64,000 nucleotides of DNA from an uncultured Dehalococcoidia bacterium (GCA_951812625.1 CATOSP010000003.1:18417-82416); one strand, 5' to 3'. Shown: positions 47,313 to 57,676, numbered from the stretch's first letter. Notes: generated by a model not told the origin, from the sequence alone. Made by a program: numbers and translations.

Positions 47313-49550
47313 ATGGTCCAGAATGTTGTTCTGTCAAACACTGATTACAAGGTCGTGGGCACCCGCCCGATCCGCCACGACGGCACGGATAAAGTGACCG
47401 GCCGGGCCAAGTACGGCGCGGACTTCGAATCATCCGGAATGCTCTACGCCAAGGTGCTGCGAAGCCCCCACGCCCACGCGCGCATCAAGTCCATCGACGC
47501 CTCCAGGGCGCTGGCCCTGTCCGGCGTGCGGGCGGTGATCACCGCCGAGGACATGCCGGTGGACAACGCCGCCAGCCGCAAGGTCCTGGCCCGCGACAAG
47601 GCCCTGTACAAGGGGCACCCGGTGGCCGCCGTAGCCGCCACCAGCGCCCACATCGCGGAGAACGCGCTGGCGCTCATCAACGTGGACTACGAAGTGCTGA
47701 CCGCGGCCACGGAAGTCCGCGATGCCATGCGCGAGGACGCTCCCCTGATCCAGGAGGAGCAGACCACCAATGAGCTGGGCGAGACGACCGACAAGCACAG
47801 CAACATCGCCACCCACTTCCGCTACGAGCAGGGCGACCTGGACCAGGGCTTCGCCGCCGCCGACGTGATAGTGGAGCGGGAATTCAACACCGCCACCGTC
47901 CACCAGGGCTACATCGAGCCCCAGAACGGCGCGGCCATGTGGAACGCCGACGGCAACCTGACCATCTGGACCAGCACCCAGGGCGCATTCGTTGTCAGGG
48001 ACGCCCTGGCCGGCGTGCTGGATATGCCCGTGTCCCGGATCAAGGTTGTCCCCATGGAGATCGGCGGCGGGTTTGGCGGGAAGATTCCCATATACCTGGA
48101 GCCTCTGACCGCGCTGCTGTCCAAGAAGACCGGCGCGAGCGTCAAGAGCGCCATGACCCGGGCCGAGGTCTTCGAGGCCACCGGCCCCACTTCCGGCTCC
48201 TACATGAAGGTGAAGATGGGCGCCGACAACTCCGGCAAGATCGTCGCCGCCGAGGCCTACCTGGCCTTCGACGCGGGCGCGTTCCCCGGCTCCCCGGTGA
48301 CGGCGGGCGCGCAGTGCGCCTTCGCCTGCTACGAGATCGAGAACGCACGGGTTGACGGCTACGACGTGGTGGTCAACAAGCCCGCCGTTGCGGCCTACCG
48401 CGCCCCCGGCGCGCCCATCGCCGCCTTTGCCTGCGAGACCGTGGTTGATGAACTGGCCGGGAAGCTGGGCATCGACCCCATCGAGTTCCGGGCCCGCAAC
48501 GCCTCCAAGGAGGGCACCCGCCGCGTTGACGGCCCGGTGTTCCCCCGCATCGGCAACATAGAGTGCCTGGAAGCCGCCAGGGACAGCGACCACTACAAGT
48601 CCAGGCTCGAAGGGCCCAACCGGGGCCGGGGCGTCGCCTCCGGGTTCTGGTTCAACATCGGGCTGGCCTCCAGCGCGTCCATCGGCGTCAACGCCGACGG
48701 CACCATCACCCTGGTCGAGGGTTCCACCGACATCGGCGGCACCCGCGCCTCCATCGCCATGCAGGCTGCGGAAGTCCTGGGCATCGCCGCCGAGGACGTT
48801 CATCCCAGCGTCGGCGACACCGACTCGGTGGGCTACACCTTCCTCACCGGCGGCAGCCGCACCACCTTCGCCACCGGCTGGGCCGCCTACGAGTGCGCCC
48901 AGGACATCAAGAACAAGATGATCGACCGCGCCGCCACCATCTGGGAGGTGGACAAGGCCGACGTTGACCTGGTCGACGGCGTGTTCCAGCACCAGTCCGA
49001 CCCCGACCTGAAGATGACCTTCAAGGAACTGTCCGGGCGTCTCGCCGGGTCCGGCGGCCCCATCTCCAGCCAGGTCAGCGTTGACCCCAGGGGCGCTGGC
49101 GGAGCGTTCGCCACCCACATCGTCGACGTGGAAGTGGACCCGGAGACGGGCAAGGTCGATATCCTCAACTACACCGCCGTCCAGGATGCCGGCAAGGCTA
49201 TCCACCCCAGCTACGTTGAGGGGCAGATACAGGGCGGCGTGGTACAGGGCATCGGCTGGGCGCTCAACGAAGAGTACTTCATGGACAGGGAAGGCCGGAT
49301 GGCCAACTCCAGCTTCCTTGACTACCGGATGCCCACCAGCCTCGACCTGCCCATGATCGGCACCGTAATCGTCGAGGTGGCCAACCCCGGCCATCCCTAC
49401 GGGGTCAGGGGCGTGGGCGAGGTGCCCATAGTCCCGCCGATGGCCGCAGTCGCCAACGCCATCCACGACGCGGTCGGCGTGCGCATGGACCAGCTACCCA
49501 TGAGCCCCGGCGCAGTCCTCGACGCGGTCCTGGAGAAGAACGGCAGCTAG
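47313..49550 (+). CDS. Xanthine dehydrogenase/CoxL family molybdopterin-binding subunit
   Basis: KVTGRAKY, GGGFGGK, AYRAPG, VEGQIQGG, RGVGE. Confidence 0.92.
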   Translation: MVQNVVLSNTDYKVVGTRPIRHDGTDKVTGRAKYGADFESSGMLYAKVLRSPHAHARIKSIDASRALALSGVRAVITAEDMPVDNAASRKVLARDKALYKGHPVAAVAATSAHIAENALALINVDYEVLTAATEVRDAMREDAPLIQEEQTTNELGETTDKHSNIATHFRYEQGDLDQGFAAADVIVEREFNTATVHQGYIEPQNGAAMWNADGNLTIWTSTQGAFVVRDALAGVLDMPVSRIKVVPMEIGGGFGGKIPIYLEPLTALLSKKTGASVKSAMTRAEVFEATGPTSGSYMKVKMGADNSGKIVAAEAYLAFDAGAFPGSPVTAGAQCAFACYEIENARVDGYDVVVNKPAVAAYRAPGAPIAAFACETVVDELAGKLGIDPIEFRARNASKEGTRRVDGPVFPRIGNIECLEAARDSDHYKSRLEGPNRGRGVASGFWFNIGLASSASIGVNADGTITLVEGSTDIGGTRASIAMQAAEVLGIAAEDVHPSVGDTDSVGYTFLTGGSRTTFATGWAAYECAQDIKNKMIDRAATIWEVDKADVDLVDGVFQHQSDPDLKMTFKELSGRLAGSGGPISSQVSVDPRGAGGAFATHIVDVEVDPETGKVDILNYTAVQDAGKAIHPSYVEGQIQGGVVQGIGWALNEEYFMDREGRMANSSFLDYRMPTSLDLPMIGTVIVEVANPGHPYGVRGVGEVPIVPPMAAVANAIHDAVGVRMDQLPMSPGAVLDAVLEKNGS

Positions 49551-49576
49551 ACCGACGGTTAAACCAGGGAATCAGA

Positions 49577-49609
49577 AGGCCAGGCTGCATTCGCGGCCTG
49601 GCCTTTTTG
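49577..49609 (+). terminator. Intrinsic terminator
   Basis: aggccaggctgc-attc-gcggcctggcct followed by tttt. Confidence 0.75.
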
Positions 49610-49645
49610 TGTGCGGATTATTTTCCGGTCTGGCCCCTCTGGGGT

Positions 49646-50023
49646 TCAGGCTAGTTGCTGGGCGTCACGGATGTACTCCGAAGTTGTCCTTATGATTTCG
49701 GAGATCAGTTCCTCCGGTTCACAATGGCCGTCATAGAAGCAATCGCCGTGTAGCTCCTGGATGCAGGTGTTGTACCTGGAGCGGAGAGACTGAAACCTGT
49801 CGTCGTTGTGCGCCAGAACCCGCAAGTCACGGGAAGTCTGACTGGTCCTGTTTGGCATATGGCCCATTCTGGTCAGAATCAATGCGTCCGTGGCCCGCTT
49901 CGTCGCGCACCACGCTTTCTCAGCGGCGTCACGAATATCCCCGGCCTCCAACCGTTCCACAGCCGAGGCGTGAACAGCCCACGCATCGTTGAATATCTCC
50001 CGTGGGGTATAGGCCGAAGTCAT
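49646..50023 (-). CDS. PaREP1/HEPN-like protein
   Basis: LEAGDIRDAAEKAWCATKRATDALIL...LHGDCFYDGHCEP. Confidence 0.65.
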   Translation of the reverse strand: MTSAYTPREIFNDAWAVHASAVERLEAGDIRDAAEKAWCATKRATDALILTRMGHMPNRTSQTSRDLRVLAHNDDRFQSLRSRYNTCIQELHGDCFYDGHCEPEELISEIIRTTSEYIRDAQQLA

Positions 50024-50170
50024 AGCTTCCTCCGAATCGGCGCTGTAAGGCCAGTCTAACATGCTTCGGTAAGGCGGCAATATATACAAGTGGCGTAATT
50101 CTCGAGTGATAAAGAAACGGCCCAAGCACACTGTATGTGCTCGGGCCGCTCAACTAGGGTTCCAATACGA

Positions 50171-50434
50171 TCAGCAGGACGGTAGGTAGTCGAGATTGTT
50201 TACTCCGCTCCCATCCGGGTCTGTGCGCAAATGCTTTCCGTGCAGACCTTGAACCACGTGGACGTCCACTGCCGCCCCGTTCTGCATCAACACATAATAG
50301 CGGTGGATGCGGTTCTCGATATCGTAGATAGCTTGCGCTTTGCTAACCGATGAGTTGGGAACCCAATTCCCGCAGAGAGCGACGATGTCGCCGTCCAAGG
50401 CCTTTCTGGAATGTGTGACTCTGAGATTCGCCAT
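50171..50434 (-). CDS. DUF3892 domain protein
   Basis: GDIVALC...AIYDIE...YYV...KHLRTDPDG..NNLDYLP. Confidence 0.75.
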   Translation of the reverse strand: MANLRVTHSRKALDGDIVALCGNWVPNSSVSKAQAIYDIENRIHRYYVLMQNGAAVDVHVVQGLHGKHLRTDPDGSGVNNLDYLPSC

Positions 50435-50940
50435 TGTGTTCACTCCGAAATATCGATTTGCACCCGAAGGCGCTCGGGCCGCCGGGTAAGTGCGAGTTGG
50501 GTGGGTTCTACTTGTTGGCCGTCACACTCTCCTTGTACGAACTCCCCGGAACGGTATACTGTTCGACCCTACAGCTTGACCCCACGGCAACCGCTTGGCA
50601 CAATGGCAGCGGTCTCGTTAGGACCGTGGGAGTCCCGTTCCGGTGGGATTTCCAAAAGCAACGGCCTCGTTTGCACGGCGAGGCCGTTGGCATTCGGCTA
50701 CTGAATGGTACACCTCGTTATTGCTATCGGTCTGGAATCGCATGTAGCACACAAGTTTCGGATTCGTATAAGGATTCTATGCACTTAGCCTACACCCAAA
50801 TCAAAGCCATGACAAGCCCTGACGCTACTGAATAGTGTATGCCACAGCAAAACGCATACATTCTGTTGTACATCCATCTGGAACTCTAGGCTCAGGGTCG
50901 TCACCACCGTTGTAGAACACATCTCACAGAATTACCAGAC

Positions 50941-51303
50941 ATGAGCACCTTCAACGTCAACATAGGCATAGGCAATATGGACAGCCGCGAGCACGTCTAT
51001 GCCGACGCTCTCGTGGATACTGGCGCGACCTACTCCATATTCCCCGAGGGCTTCCTGCGCGACGTTCAGATAGAACCGTTCGATTGGACTGTGGATGTGG
51101 TCCTTGCCGACGGTTCGCAGACTACCCAGCGCATCGGTCCCGCCTACCTGCAAGTGATGGACAGGGAAGCTCCCTGCGTTGTCGTGTTCGGCAATCCCGG
51201 AGTATTCTTGCTAGGCGCTACCGCCTTGGAGAACCTCGGGCTTGCGGCAGACCCGGTGAACAAGTCCCTGATACCAGCCGTGGTCAATGGACGGCCCTTC
51301 TAG
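50941..51303 (+). CDS. Retropepsin-like aspartyl protease
   Basis: ALVDTGATYS, LADG, LLGATALENLGL..DPVN. Confidence 0.82.
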   Translation: MSTFNVNIGIGNMDSREHVYADALVDTGATYSIFPEGFLRDVQIEPFDWTVDVVLADGSQTTQRIGPAYLQVMDREAPCVVVFGNPGVFLLGATALENLGLAADPVNKSLIPAVVNGRPF

Positions 51304-51335
51304 CCATACCCGGTACACCGACAGAGTACAAGTTC

Positions 51336-51698
51336 ATGCTATCGACGACAATCGGTACGGTAGATAGCTGGTTCAAGAACCTCGAAAGCGACGCCGCCGA
51401 TGCCGGCAACCCCACGCCGGCCCAGGACGTTATCGATGAAGCCAAGCGCATAGTGCTTGGCTTGCGTCCTTACCTGCCGCCCGATTCTGACGTGTATACC
51501 TTGGAAAAGGGGAAAATCGCCGTTGAGATATTCGGCCAACATGGCCGGGGGTTCCTGCTGATTTGTGAGCCAGGCGGCAGCGCACTGTGCATAGTCACAA
51601 TTGATAGCGTATCCCGCAGGGCCAGATACGAGAGTTCCGCCGCCTTGCCCGACGGGTTTCTTAAAGAGGGCCTGCAAGAAGTCCGGGCTGCGTCCTGA
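51336..51698 (+). CDS. Hypothetical protein, upstream partner of an ART-like gene
   Basis: PTPAQDVIDEAKRIV...PDSDVY..KGKIAVE...LICEPGG. Confidence 0.55.
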   Translation: MLSTTIGTVDSWFKNLESDAADAGNPTPAQDVIDEAKRIVLGLRPYLPPDSDVYTLEKGKIAVEIFGQHGRGFLLICEPGGSALCIVTIDSVSRRARYESSAALPDGFLKEGLQEVRAAS

Positions 51699-51724
51699 AC
51701 GGGCCCCTCTGACGCGGCGCAACA

Positions 51725-52123
51725 ATGGTAGCGAACAGAGTCAACGACCTTGAACCATTGGGAAGGTGTTGCTTTGCATCAAGCGATGCCGGACGCAGAA
51801 ATCCTCGGACAAGATTCATCAGGACCTCGTTTCTGGATGGACTGATGTCGGTTGACCTGCTTCTCCAGGCCGATACCCAACAGTTGAGTCGTGTTCATGA
51901 TGCTGAGGCGATACTCCGCAACCCGCCTCGGACCTTTCACGGTTGGTACGTCTTTATTGCTGCAATTGTCCGGTCAGTCGGTTGGGAAGTAACGCCTGAC
52001 CCGACCGGTGATAATCCCTGGCACGCCGAAGTCAGTCTTTCCGGAAGTATGGACGAAGAGGACGCTTTCATCCAGGACTGTGAGAAAGTTGCAGCCAATG
52101 CCTCCTGGCAAGCGCGGCCATGA
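51725..52123 (+). CDS. Hypothetical protein with an ART/RES-like R...S...H signature
   Basis: LGRCCF...MSVD...PDPTGDNPWHAEV. Confidence 0.5.
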   Translation: MVANRVNDLEPLGRCCFASSDAGRRNPRTRFIRTSFLDGLMSVDLLLQADTQQLSRVHDAEAILRNPPRTFHGWYVFIAAIVRSVGWEVTPDPTGDNPWHAEVSLSGSMDEEDAFIQDCEKVAANASWQARP

Positions 52124-52273
52124 GCGTTTCCGATGAAAGGTCCCCTGAAAGGTCCCTTGGTTGAGTAGCTGATGAGTTTGATAAGGAAACGTAGATTCGC
52201 GTTGCATCATGGACAATAGGGCCCGACAATAGTTGGGCACCCTGATGTTTCTTTCATACTAGGAGAAAGCACC

Positions 52274-52846
52274 ATGGCCAGAGTACCGTTTGCTACGCGA
52301 GAGAGCATGACGCCCGAGGGGCAGAAGGTCTGGGACGAAATCGAGACCAGCCGGGGAGGCGTTGCCCGCAACTACGCCGCGCTGCTGAACAACCCCAATG
52401 CCGCGAGTAACCTGGCAACCCTGGGCGGGTACGCCCGGTTCGAGACTCCGCTGGACCCGCGAGTCAAGGCGTTGGCGGTGCTGGCCGCGGCGCGGGAGGC
52501 CCACGGTCATTACGTCTGGACGGTCAACCAGCGGGCCGCGCATGAGGCCGGCATCGGCGACGACGTGATCGCCGCCATCCACGAGTTCCGCGCCCCGGTG
52601 GGGCTGGCCCCCGATGACGCCGCCGTGGTCCAGTTCGTGCTGGAGCTGCTGCGCCAGCACCGGGTGTCGGACGACACCTTCGAGGCGCTGCGCTCCCGGA
52701 TCGGGGACGCCGGGGTCGTCGACGTGCTGGTGGTCAGCGGCTACTACCACACCCTGGCCCACGCCCTGCAAGCCCTGGAGGTGGACCTGCCCGAGGGCAC
52801 CGAGTCGGCCCTGAGCTACCAGACCGGCCCGGCTCCGGGGGCGTAA
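52274..52846 (+). CDS. Carboxymuconolactone decarboxylase/AhpD family protein
   Basis: ALLNNP, LDPRVKALAVL, RVSDDTF, GDAGVVD. Confidence 0.8.
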   Translation: MARVPFATRESMTPEGQKVWDEIETSRGGVARNYAALLNNPNAASNLATLGGYARFETPLDPRVKALAVLAAAREAHGHYVWTVNQRAAHEAGIGDDVIAAIHEFRAPVGLAPDDAAVVQFVLELLRQHRVSDDTFEALRSRIGDAGVVDVLVVSGYYHTLAHALQALEVDLPEGTESALSYQTGPAPGA

Positions 52847-53214
52847 GTCCGGGGCAAAGAAGGAGCGGCCGGCCCTGACAAGTCAGGGGGGTCGCTGAAG
52901 GAGCGGCCCGCAACCGGTCGCTGAGAGCCAAATTCTACGCCCTGCCGTCTCGCGGGTCAACCTGCGGAGGCAGCAGGGCCGGGAGCCCTGCAATTTGGAG
53001 ACTGCTCCCGGCCCGACGGGGGTGGTCTCATCCCCTCGCTTCTCGCCGGGTTACAAACTACTGACACTTGCCCCTTTCAAATTCCGGCCACGCTGCCCTA
53101 TCATATCCTTGCGGGGAACGGACGGGGTGATGGGCGCTGCGGGGAATGTGCCTTTCACGAGCAACCCGGCCAATGCAACGGTCAGTCGGCAACGGACTGC
53201 CAAGCTTCGTAACA

Positions 53215-53330
53215 GTGAGCAGGAATGAGCGGATTTGAGAGGGAAACAAAAAATGCCCCAGCCCCACTCAGTAGCGAGGGGGAATGTCCGCAAATGTCCA
53301 GATGTGACCGGAAAAACGGGATTTTTCCCG
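53215..53330 (+). repeat. Relative of repeat R flanks, lacking the hairpin core
   Basis: gtgagc..aatgagcggatttgagagg...cagcccc.ctcag...ggaatgtccg...tgaccggaaaaa aligns with the reverse complement of about 34042-34172. Confidence 0.7.
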
Positions 53331-53425
53331 CCAGTCAGCCATACTGCCCGGCATGGAACGCCGTCAGGCGCGGGTCAGGCGTTTGGCCCAGGCGTCCCTC
53401 GATAACGGGGGTGACGGCCTGACGC

Positions 53426-53659
53426 CTAACCGGCGGTGACGCAGGTTATCGTCTTGAGGACGCCGCGGATGCTCTGCACCTGCCCGGTAACAAGGTCGGC
53501 TACGGCAGCCATGTTGGGGGCCTCGATCAGGGCTATGGCGTCGAAGGGGCCGGTGATGGCGTCTGCGGAGCGCACCCCGTCCATCTGCCTCAGCATCCGG
53601 ACCACCTCAACGACCCGGCCCACCTGTACCTCTACGAGGATGTATGCGTTTGTGCCCAC
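53426..53659 (-). CDS. Lrp/AsnC ligand-binding (RAM) domain protein
   Basis: AYILVEV..G...GVRSADAITGPFDAIA...IRGVLKTITC. Confidence 0.82.
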   Translation of the reverse strand: MGTNAYILVEVQVGRVVEVVRMLRQMDGVRSADAITGPFDAIALIEAPNMAAVADLVTGQVQSIRGVLKTITCVTAG

Positions 53660-53810
53660 GGGCTACTCCTGGGTGCGCCGGTCCACCTCTAGCGACGGAT
53701 TCTAAGCGGGCGTACCGGCCCACATGTCGGCATGGGGCGACGTTTTCAGTGTGACGCCCTCCCGGTCTCGCGGTCAGGTCCGGGCGCTGTGGCGGCTCGG
53801 CCTCTGAGGG

Positions 53811-54197
53811 TTAGTCCGGGATGCAGGCGGTGGAGGTCACTTCCACCAGGTTGTCGGCAGCGCCGAACTGGACGATGATGGCCGTCCTGGCCGGGCGGTC
53901 TTCCGTGAAGAACTCCCCGTAGACCTCGTTGAAGCCCTCAAGGTCCTCCGCCTTGGTGACGTAGCAGGTGTTGGTGAGCACGTTGTCAATCGACGTGCCC
54001 GCTGCCTCCAGGATCAGCTTGATGCGCTCCAGCGTGTAGCGGGTCTGCTCCCGGATGTCCTTCCCCACCTCCCCGGTGGTGGGATGGCGTCCGGTGCATC
54101 CCTGGACGTAGACCATGTTGCCGAAGCGGGTGGCATGGGACAGCAGGCCGCGTCCGGGAGCGAGCTTGTCACAGGTGATGATCTCTTTGCGGGGCAT
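53811..54197 (-). CDS. RidA/YjgF family protein
   Basis: DIREQT..LERIK.ILEAAG, FNEVYGEFF..RPART, LVEV. Confidence 0.85.
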   Translation of the reverse strand: MPRKEIITCDKLAPGRGLLSHATRFGNMVYVQGCTGRHPTTGEVGKDIREQTRYTLERIKLILEAAGTSIDNVLTNTCYVTKAEDLEGFNEVYGEFFTEDRPARTAIIVQFGAADNLVEVTSTACIPD

Positions 54198-54508
54198 GGC
54201 GCACATCCTCCGGCTGCTTCGACCGGGAACAGCGGACTCCCGGCAGCGGCCTGATATCGGTCTGGGATTCGCCTCATTATAGGCGCAGGGCAAGGGCTGT
54301 CAAACAGCCCCGGCGAATGCGCCGCGTGAGTGTGCGCGAGCCGCAGGAAACGGGATTGCCCGGACATTGCCAGCGCCCTCCTCTTGACCCAATAAATGTG
54401 CCATTTCCCGTACTGGCGGATATGGTTTGAGGGGAAGCGGCGGTGATACATTGGGAATGTCCACAGGCGGGGCCGGGTTTCCATTCCAGTCCGGGTAGAG
54501 GAGGCAAT

Positions 54509-54919
54509 ATGCCTATACTCATGCGATTGATCGGAGCCTACCTCGTGCTGGTGGCGGTGGCGGTGGCCGTCCATTTCATCATCACGCCGCTGTACCACCC
54601 GGGAGGGGACGCCCCGTTTCCGGTCTGGGATGTCCTCAACTGGTTCATGGCGGCGGGCATGATCATCACCGTGATCGCCTCCTATATGGAGAAGCGGCGC
54701 ACGGACGGGGACAGCAACGCCGACCTGAAGCGCTACCTGGAAACGAACGTGGTCTTCTACGGCGCTGCCGCCATATTCATCGTGTTCTTCTGGAACTGGT
54801 TCAGCAACCTGGACCCGGACAACGTTCCCGACAGCCAAATGTGGATCGTGATAGACACCATGATGCCCATCGTAATGGGCGTCGCCGGGTGCCGCCTCTG
54901 GCGGAACGCCGGCGCTTAA
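54509..54919 (+). CDS. Four-TM hypothetical membrane protein
   Basis: GAGGAGG RBS; four hydrophobic segments. Confidence 0.65.
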   Translation: MPILMRLIGAYLVLVAVAVAVHFIITPLYHPGGDAPFPVWDVLNWFMAAGMIITVIASYMEKRRTDGDSNADLKRYLETNVVFYGAAAIFIVFFWNWFSNLDPDNVPDSQMWIVIDTMMPIVMGVAGCRLWRNAGA

Positions 54920-54967
54920 ACGCCACTCCGGCCCCCCAATAACCTGAGTATACCTGGACGCTATGCC

Positions 54968-56794
54968 ATGCATGCTTTCTTGAAATGCGCCTTGTTCCTG
55001 GCAGCCCTGTTCCTGTTCATCGGCTGCAGCGACCCCGCCACACTGACCCCCACAGCCGCGCCTCCGGCACCGACCGAGGCGCCCACGGCTGTTCCCACTT
55101 CTACCCCTGTACCCACAGCAACAACCCCTCCCGAAACACCGCAAGCGGGAACCCCGGACGATGAGAAAGTCCTGACCATCCTGTACTGGCAGGCGCCCAC
55201 TCTGCCCGGCCCGTACCTGTCGCCGGGGAACAAGGACGAGGACGCCGGGGCGATTACGCTGGAGCCGCTGGCCAAGTATGACCCGGACGGCAACCTGGTA
55301 CCGGCATTGGCCGCGGAGATACCGACTGTCGAGAACGGCAGCGTGAACAAGGACCTGACCTCGATCACGTGGAGGCTCAAGGAGGGCCTGAAGTGGTCGG
55401 ACGGCACCAACATGACTGCCCATGACGTGGTGTTCACCTGGCGCTACTGCACTGAGGAAGACACCGGATGCACGGCCAGCGCCGCGTTCACCGGCATATC
55501 CACGGTGAGGGCCTTCAGTGATACAACCGTCTGGATCGGTTTCGACGCGCCCACCCCCTATCCCTATACCGCCTTCGTGGGATACGGAACGCCCATCATC
55601 AGTCAAGCGCAGTTCGCCGACTGTGTGGGCGAGGTCTCGGAATCTGAGCCATGCCACGAGCAGAACATAGCGCCGCTGGGCACCGGCCCATACAGGATCA
55701 CCAGCTTCACAACCAACGAGGAGGCGGTCTTCGAGCGCAATCCCTTCTACCGGGGGCCCGAACCCTACTTCGACCGGGTGGTGATGAAAGGCGGCGGCGA
55801 CGCAATCTCGGCGGCCCGCGCGGTGTTGCAGGACGGGACAGCAGACTACGCCTGGAATCTGCAGGTTGATCCGGAGGTCCTGGCGAGGATGGAAGCCGAG
55901 GGAGAGGGGAAGGTTGTCTCAGGCTTCGCCGGTTTGGTGGAACAGATCATCGTTAACCAGACCAATCCCGACCCAGCGTTGGGCGAGGATCGGTCCGAAT
56001 TTCTGGACGGGCAGAACCCGCACCCCTTCCTGAGATTCACAGCCATTCTCCAGGCCATGTCGATGGCCATCGACCGTGCCCACATTGCCGGGGAGCTATA
56101 CGGGTTTGCCGGGAAGCCCACCTGCAACCTGATCTCGGGGCCGGCGCATTACACCTCGACCGCCAACGATGGATGCCTGGAGCAGGACATCAGGCGGGCA
56201 AACATCCTGCTCGACGAGCACTTCGTGATCGATAGCGACGGGGACGGCATCCGGGAACACAACGGCATCCCGCTGCGGATTACCTATCAGACCTCGACCA
56301 ACTCCATCCGGCAACAGACCCAGGAACTGATACGCGACTGGTGGCGCCAGATAGGCATCGAGACGGAGCTGATACACCACGACGCCAGCCTCTTCTTCGG
56401 CAGCGAGCATGAGGTCAACGCGGAAGCCTCGCTCCGGAGGTTCTTCACCGACCTGCAGATGTATACGGACCTTACCAGTATTGACCCCCAGGAATACCTG
56501 TCGGGCCAGCTCTGCGACCAGGTCCCGACCAGGGACAACCACTGGGCCGGGAGGAACGTAGCCCGTGCCTGCAACCCGGAGTACGACGCTCTGTATGCCG
56601 AACTGTCACAGACGGAAACCGGCCCGGAGCGCGAGAGACTGGTCAAAGAGCTGAACGACATCCTGGTCCAGAACTACTACCAGATCCCGCTGGTGAACCG
56701 TGGCCTGGTGTCCGCCCATCTGAACACGCTCAAGGGCGTTGAGATCAACGGGTGGGACAGCGAGTTGTGGAACATTGAGGAGTGGCGGCGGTAA
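54968..56794 (+). CDS. Peptide ABC transporter substrate-binding lipoprotein (family 5)
   Basis: Lipobox FIGC, PT-rich linker, LKEGLKWSDG..MTAHDVVFTW, GTGPY. Confidence 0.9.
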   Translation: MHAFLKCALFLAALFLFIGCSDPATLTPTAAPPAPTEAPTAVPTSTPVPTATTPPETPQAGTPDDEKVLTILYWQAPTLPGPYLSPGNKDEDAGAITLEPLAKYDPDGNLVPALAAEIPTVENGSVNKDLTSITWRLKEGLKWSDGTNMTAHDVVFTWRYCTEEDTGCTASAAFTGISTVRAFSDTTVWIGFDAPTPYPYTAFVGYGTPIISQAQFADCVGEVSESEPCHEQNIAPLGTGPYRITSFTTNEEAVFERNPFYRGPEPYFDRVVMKGGGDAISAARAVLQDGTADYAWNLQVDPEVLARMEAEGEGKVVSGFAGLVEQIIVNQTNPDPALGEDRSEFLDGQNPHPFLRFTAILQAMSMAIDRAHIAGELYGFAGKPTCNLISGPAHYTSTANDGCLEQDIRRANILLDEHFVIDSDGDGIREHNGIPLRITYQTSTNSIRQQTQELIRDWWRQIGIETELIHHDASLFFGSEHEVNAEASLRRFFTDLQMYTDLTSIDPQEYLSGQLCDQVPTRDNHWAGRNVARACNPEYDALYAELSQTETGPERERLVKELNDILVQNYYQIPLVNRGLVSAHLNTLKGVEINGWDSELWNIEEWRR

Positions 56795-56899
56795 GGGAAG
56801 CGCCGGGCTGCCAACTCCCTTCTCTCCGCTGACCCACTCGGCTATAATCCGCTTCAACCGGGGGCTCCGATGCCTCCGCCCCGATTGCTGAGGCTTGCC

Positions 56900-57676
56900 A
56901 TGACCACGCCCACTACTGCCATGCTGCCCTACAGGCGAAGGGGCGAAATAGACTACGACAGCCTTGACTTCAACCCCTTCGTATCGGACCACCCGGAAGA
57001 CGCTATGGACCAGAACGATGAGATGGACGAAATCATCGGCGTCCTCCGTGCCCGTTTCACATCATTCGGCAGCAGGCCGGATGTCTTTCTCAATCGTGAG
57101 ACCAACATCTGCTACGACCCAAACGACCTTAACGTCCGCATCTCCCCTGACATATACATGGCTTTCGGCGTAGATGCGCAGGCAATACGCGAGCGCAGGC
57201 TTTACCTGCCCTGGGAAGCGGGCAAGCCGCCGGACTGGGTCCTGGAGATCGCGTCGCCAGCCACGGCACGGGAAGACGTGAATCGGAAGCCGGGAATCTA
57301 CGCCCGTATCGGTGTCCCGGAATACTGGCGGCTCGACCCCAGCGGGGGACGCAATCATGTTACAGCCCTGTACGGCGGCATCCTGGCCGGTGGCGAGTAC
57401 CGGGCCGTGGAGTTGACCACGGAACCCGACCGCATTCTCAAGGGACACAGCCCTGCCCTGGGTTTGAGCCTGTGCTGGGACGAAGGCTGGCCCCGGTTCT
57501 ACGACCCGGCCACCGGACTTTACCTGGAGAACTGGCGGGCCGAAGCTGCTGCCCGTGCCGAGGCCGAACTTCGCGCCGCCGGGGCCGAACTTCGCGCCGC
57601 CGAGGCAGAGGCCCGCGCCAATGCCGCTGAGGCTGAGGCGCGCCGCCTGCGTGAGCAGGTCCGCCGCCAGCAGTAG
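56900..57676 (+). CDS. Uma2 family endonuclease with a coiled-coil tail
   Basis: ISPDIYMAFG, PPDWVLEIASP, GVPEYWRLDP; AEAELRA repeats. Confidence 0.85.
   Translation: MTTPTTAMLPYRRRGEIDYDSLDFNPFVSDHPEDAMDQNDEMDEIIGVLRARFTSFGSRPDVFLNRETNICYDPNDLNVRISPDIYMAFGVDAQAIRERRLYLPWEAGKPPDWVLEIASPATAREDVNRKPGIYARIGVPEYWRLDPSGGRNHVTALYGGILAGGEYRAVELTTEPDRILKGHSPALGLSLCWDEGWPRFYDPATGLYLENWRAEAAARAEAELRAAGAELRAAEAEARANAAEAEARRLREQVRRQQ

Noticed and set aside
47313-49550. Form I CO dehydrogenase
   Set aside because: Active-site loop is AYRAPG rather than AYxCSFR, so it is a generic molybdenum hydroxylase.
52880-52935. Glycine or TPP riboswitch-like words (gctgaaggagc, ctgagag)
   Set aside because: Remaining consensus elements are missing, and the site lies between convergent genes.
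57540-57640. Repeats at the end of the Uma2 gene
   Set aside because: Ordinary coiled-coil AEAELRA expansion common in this family.
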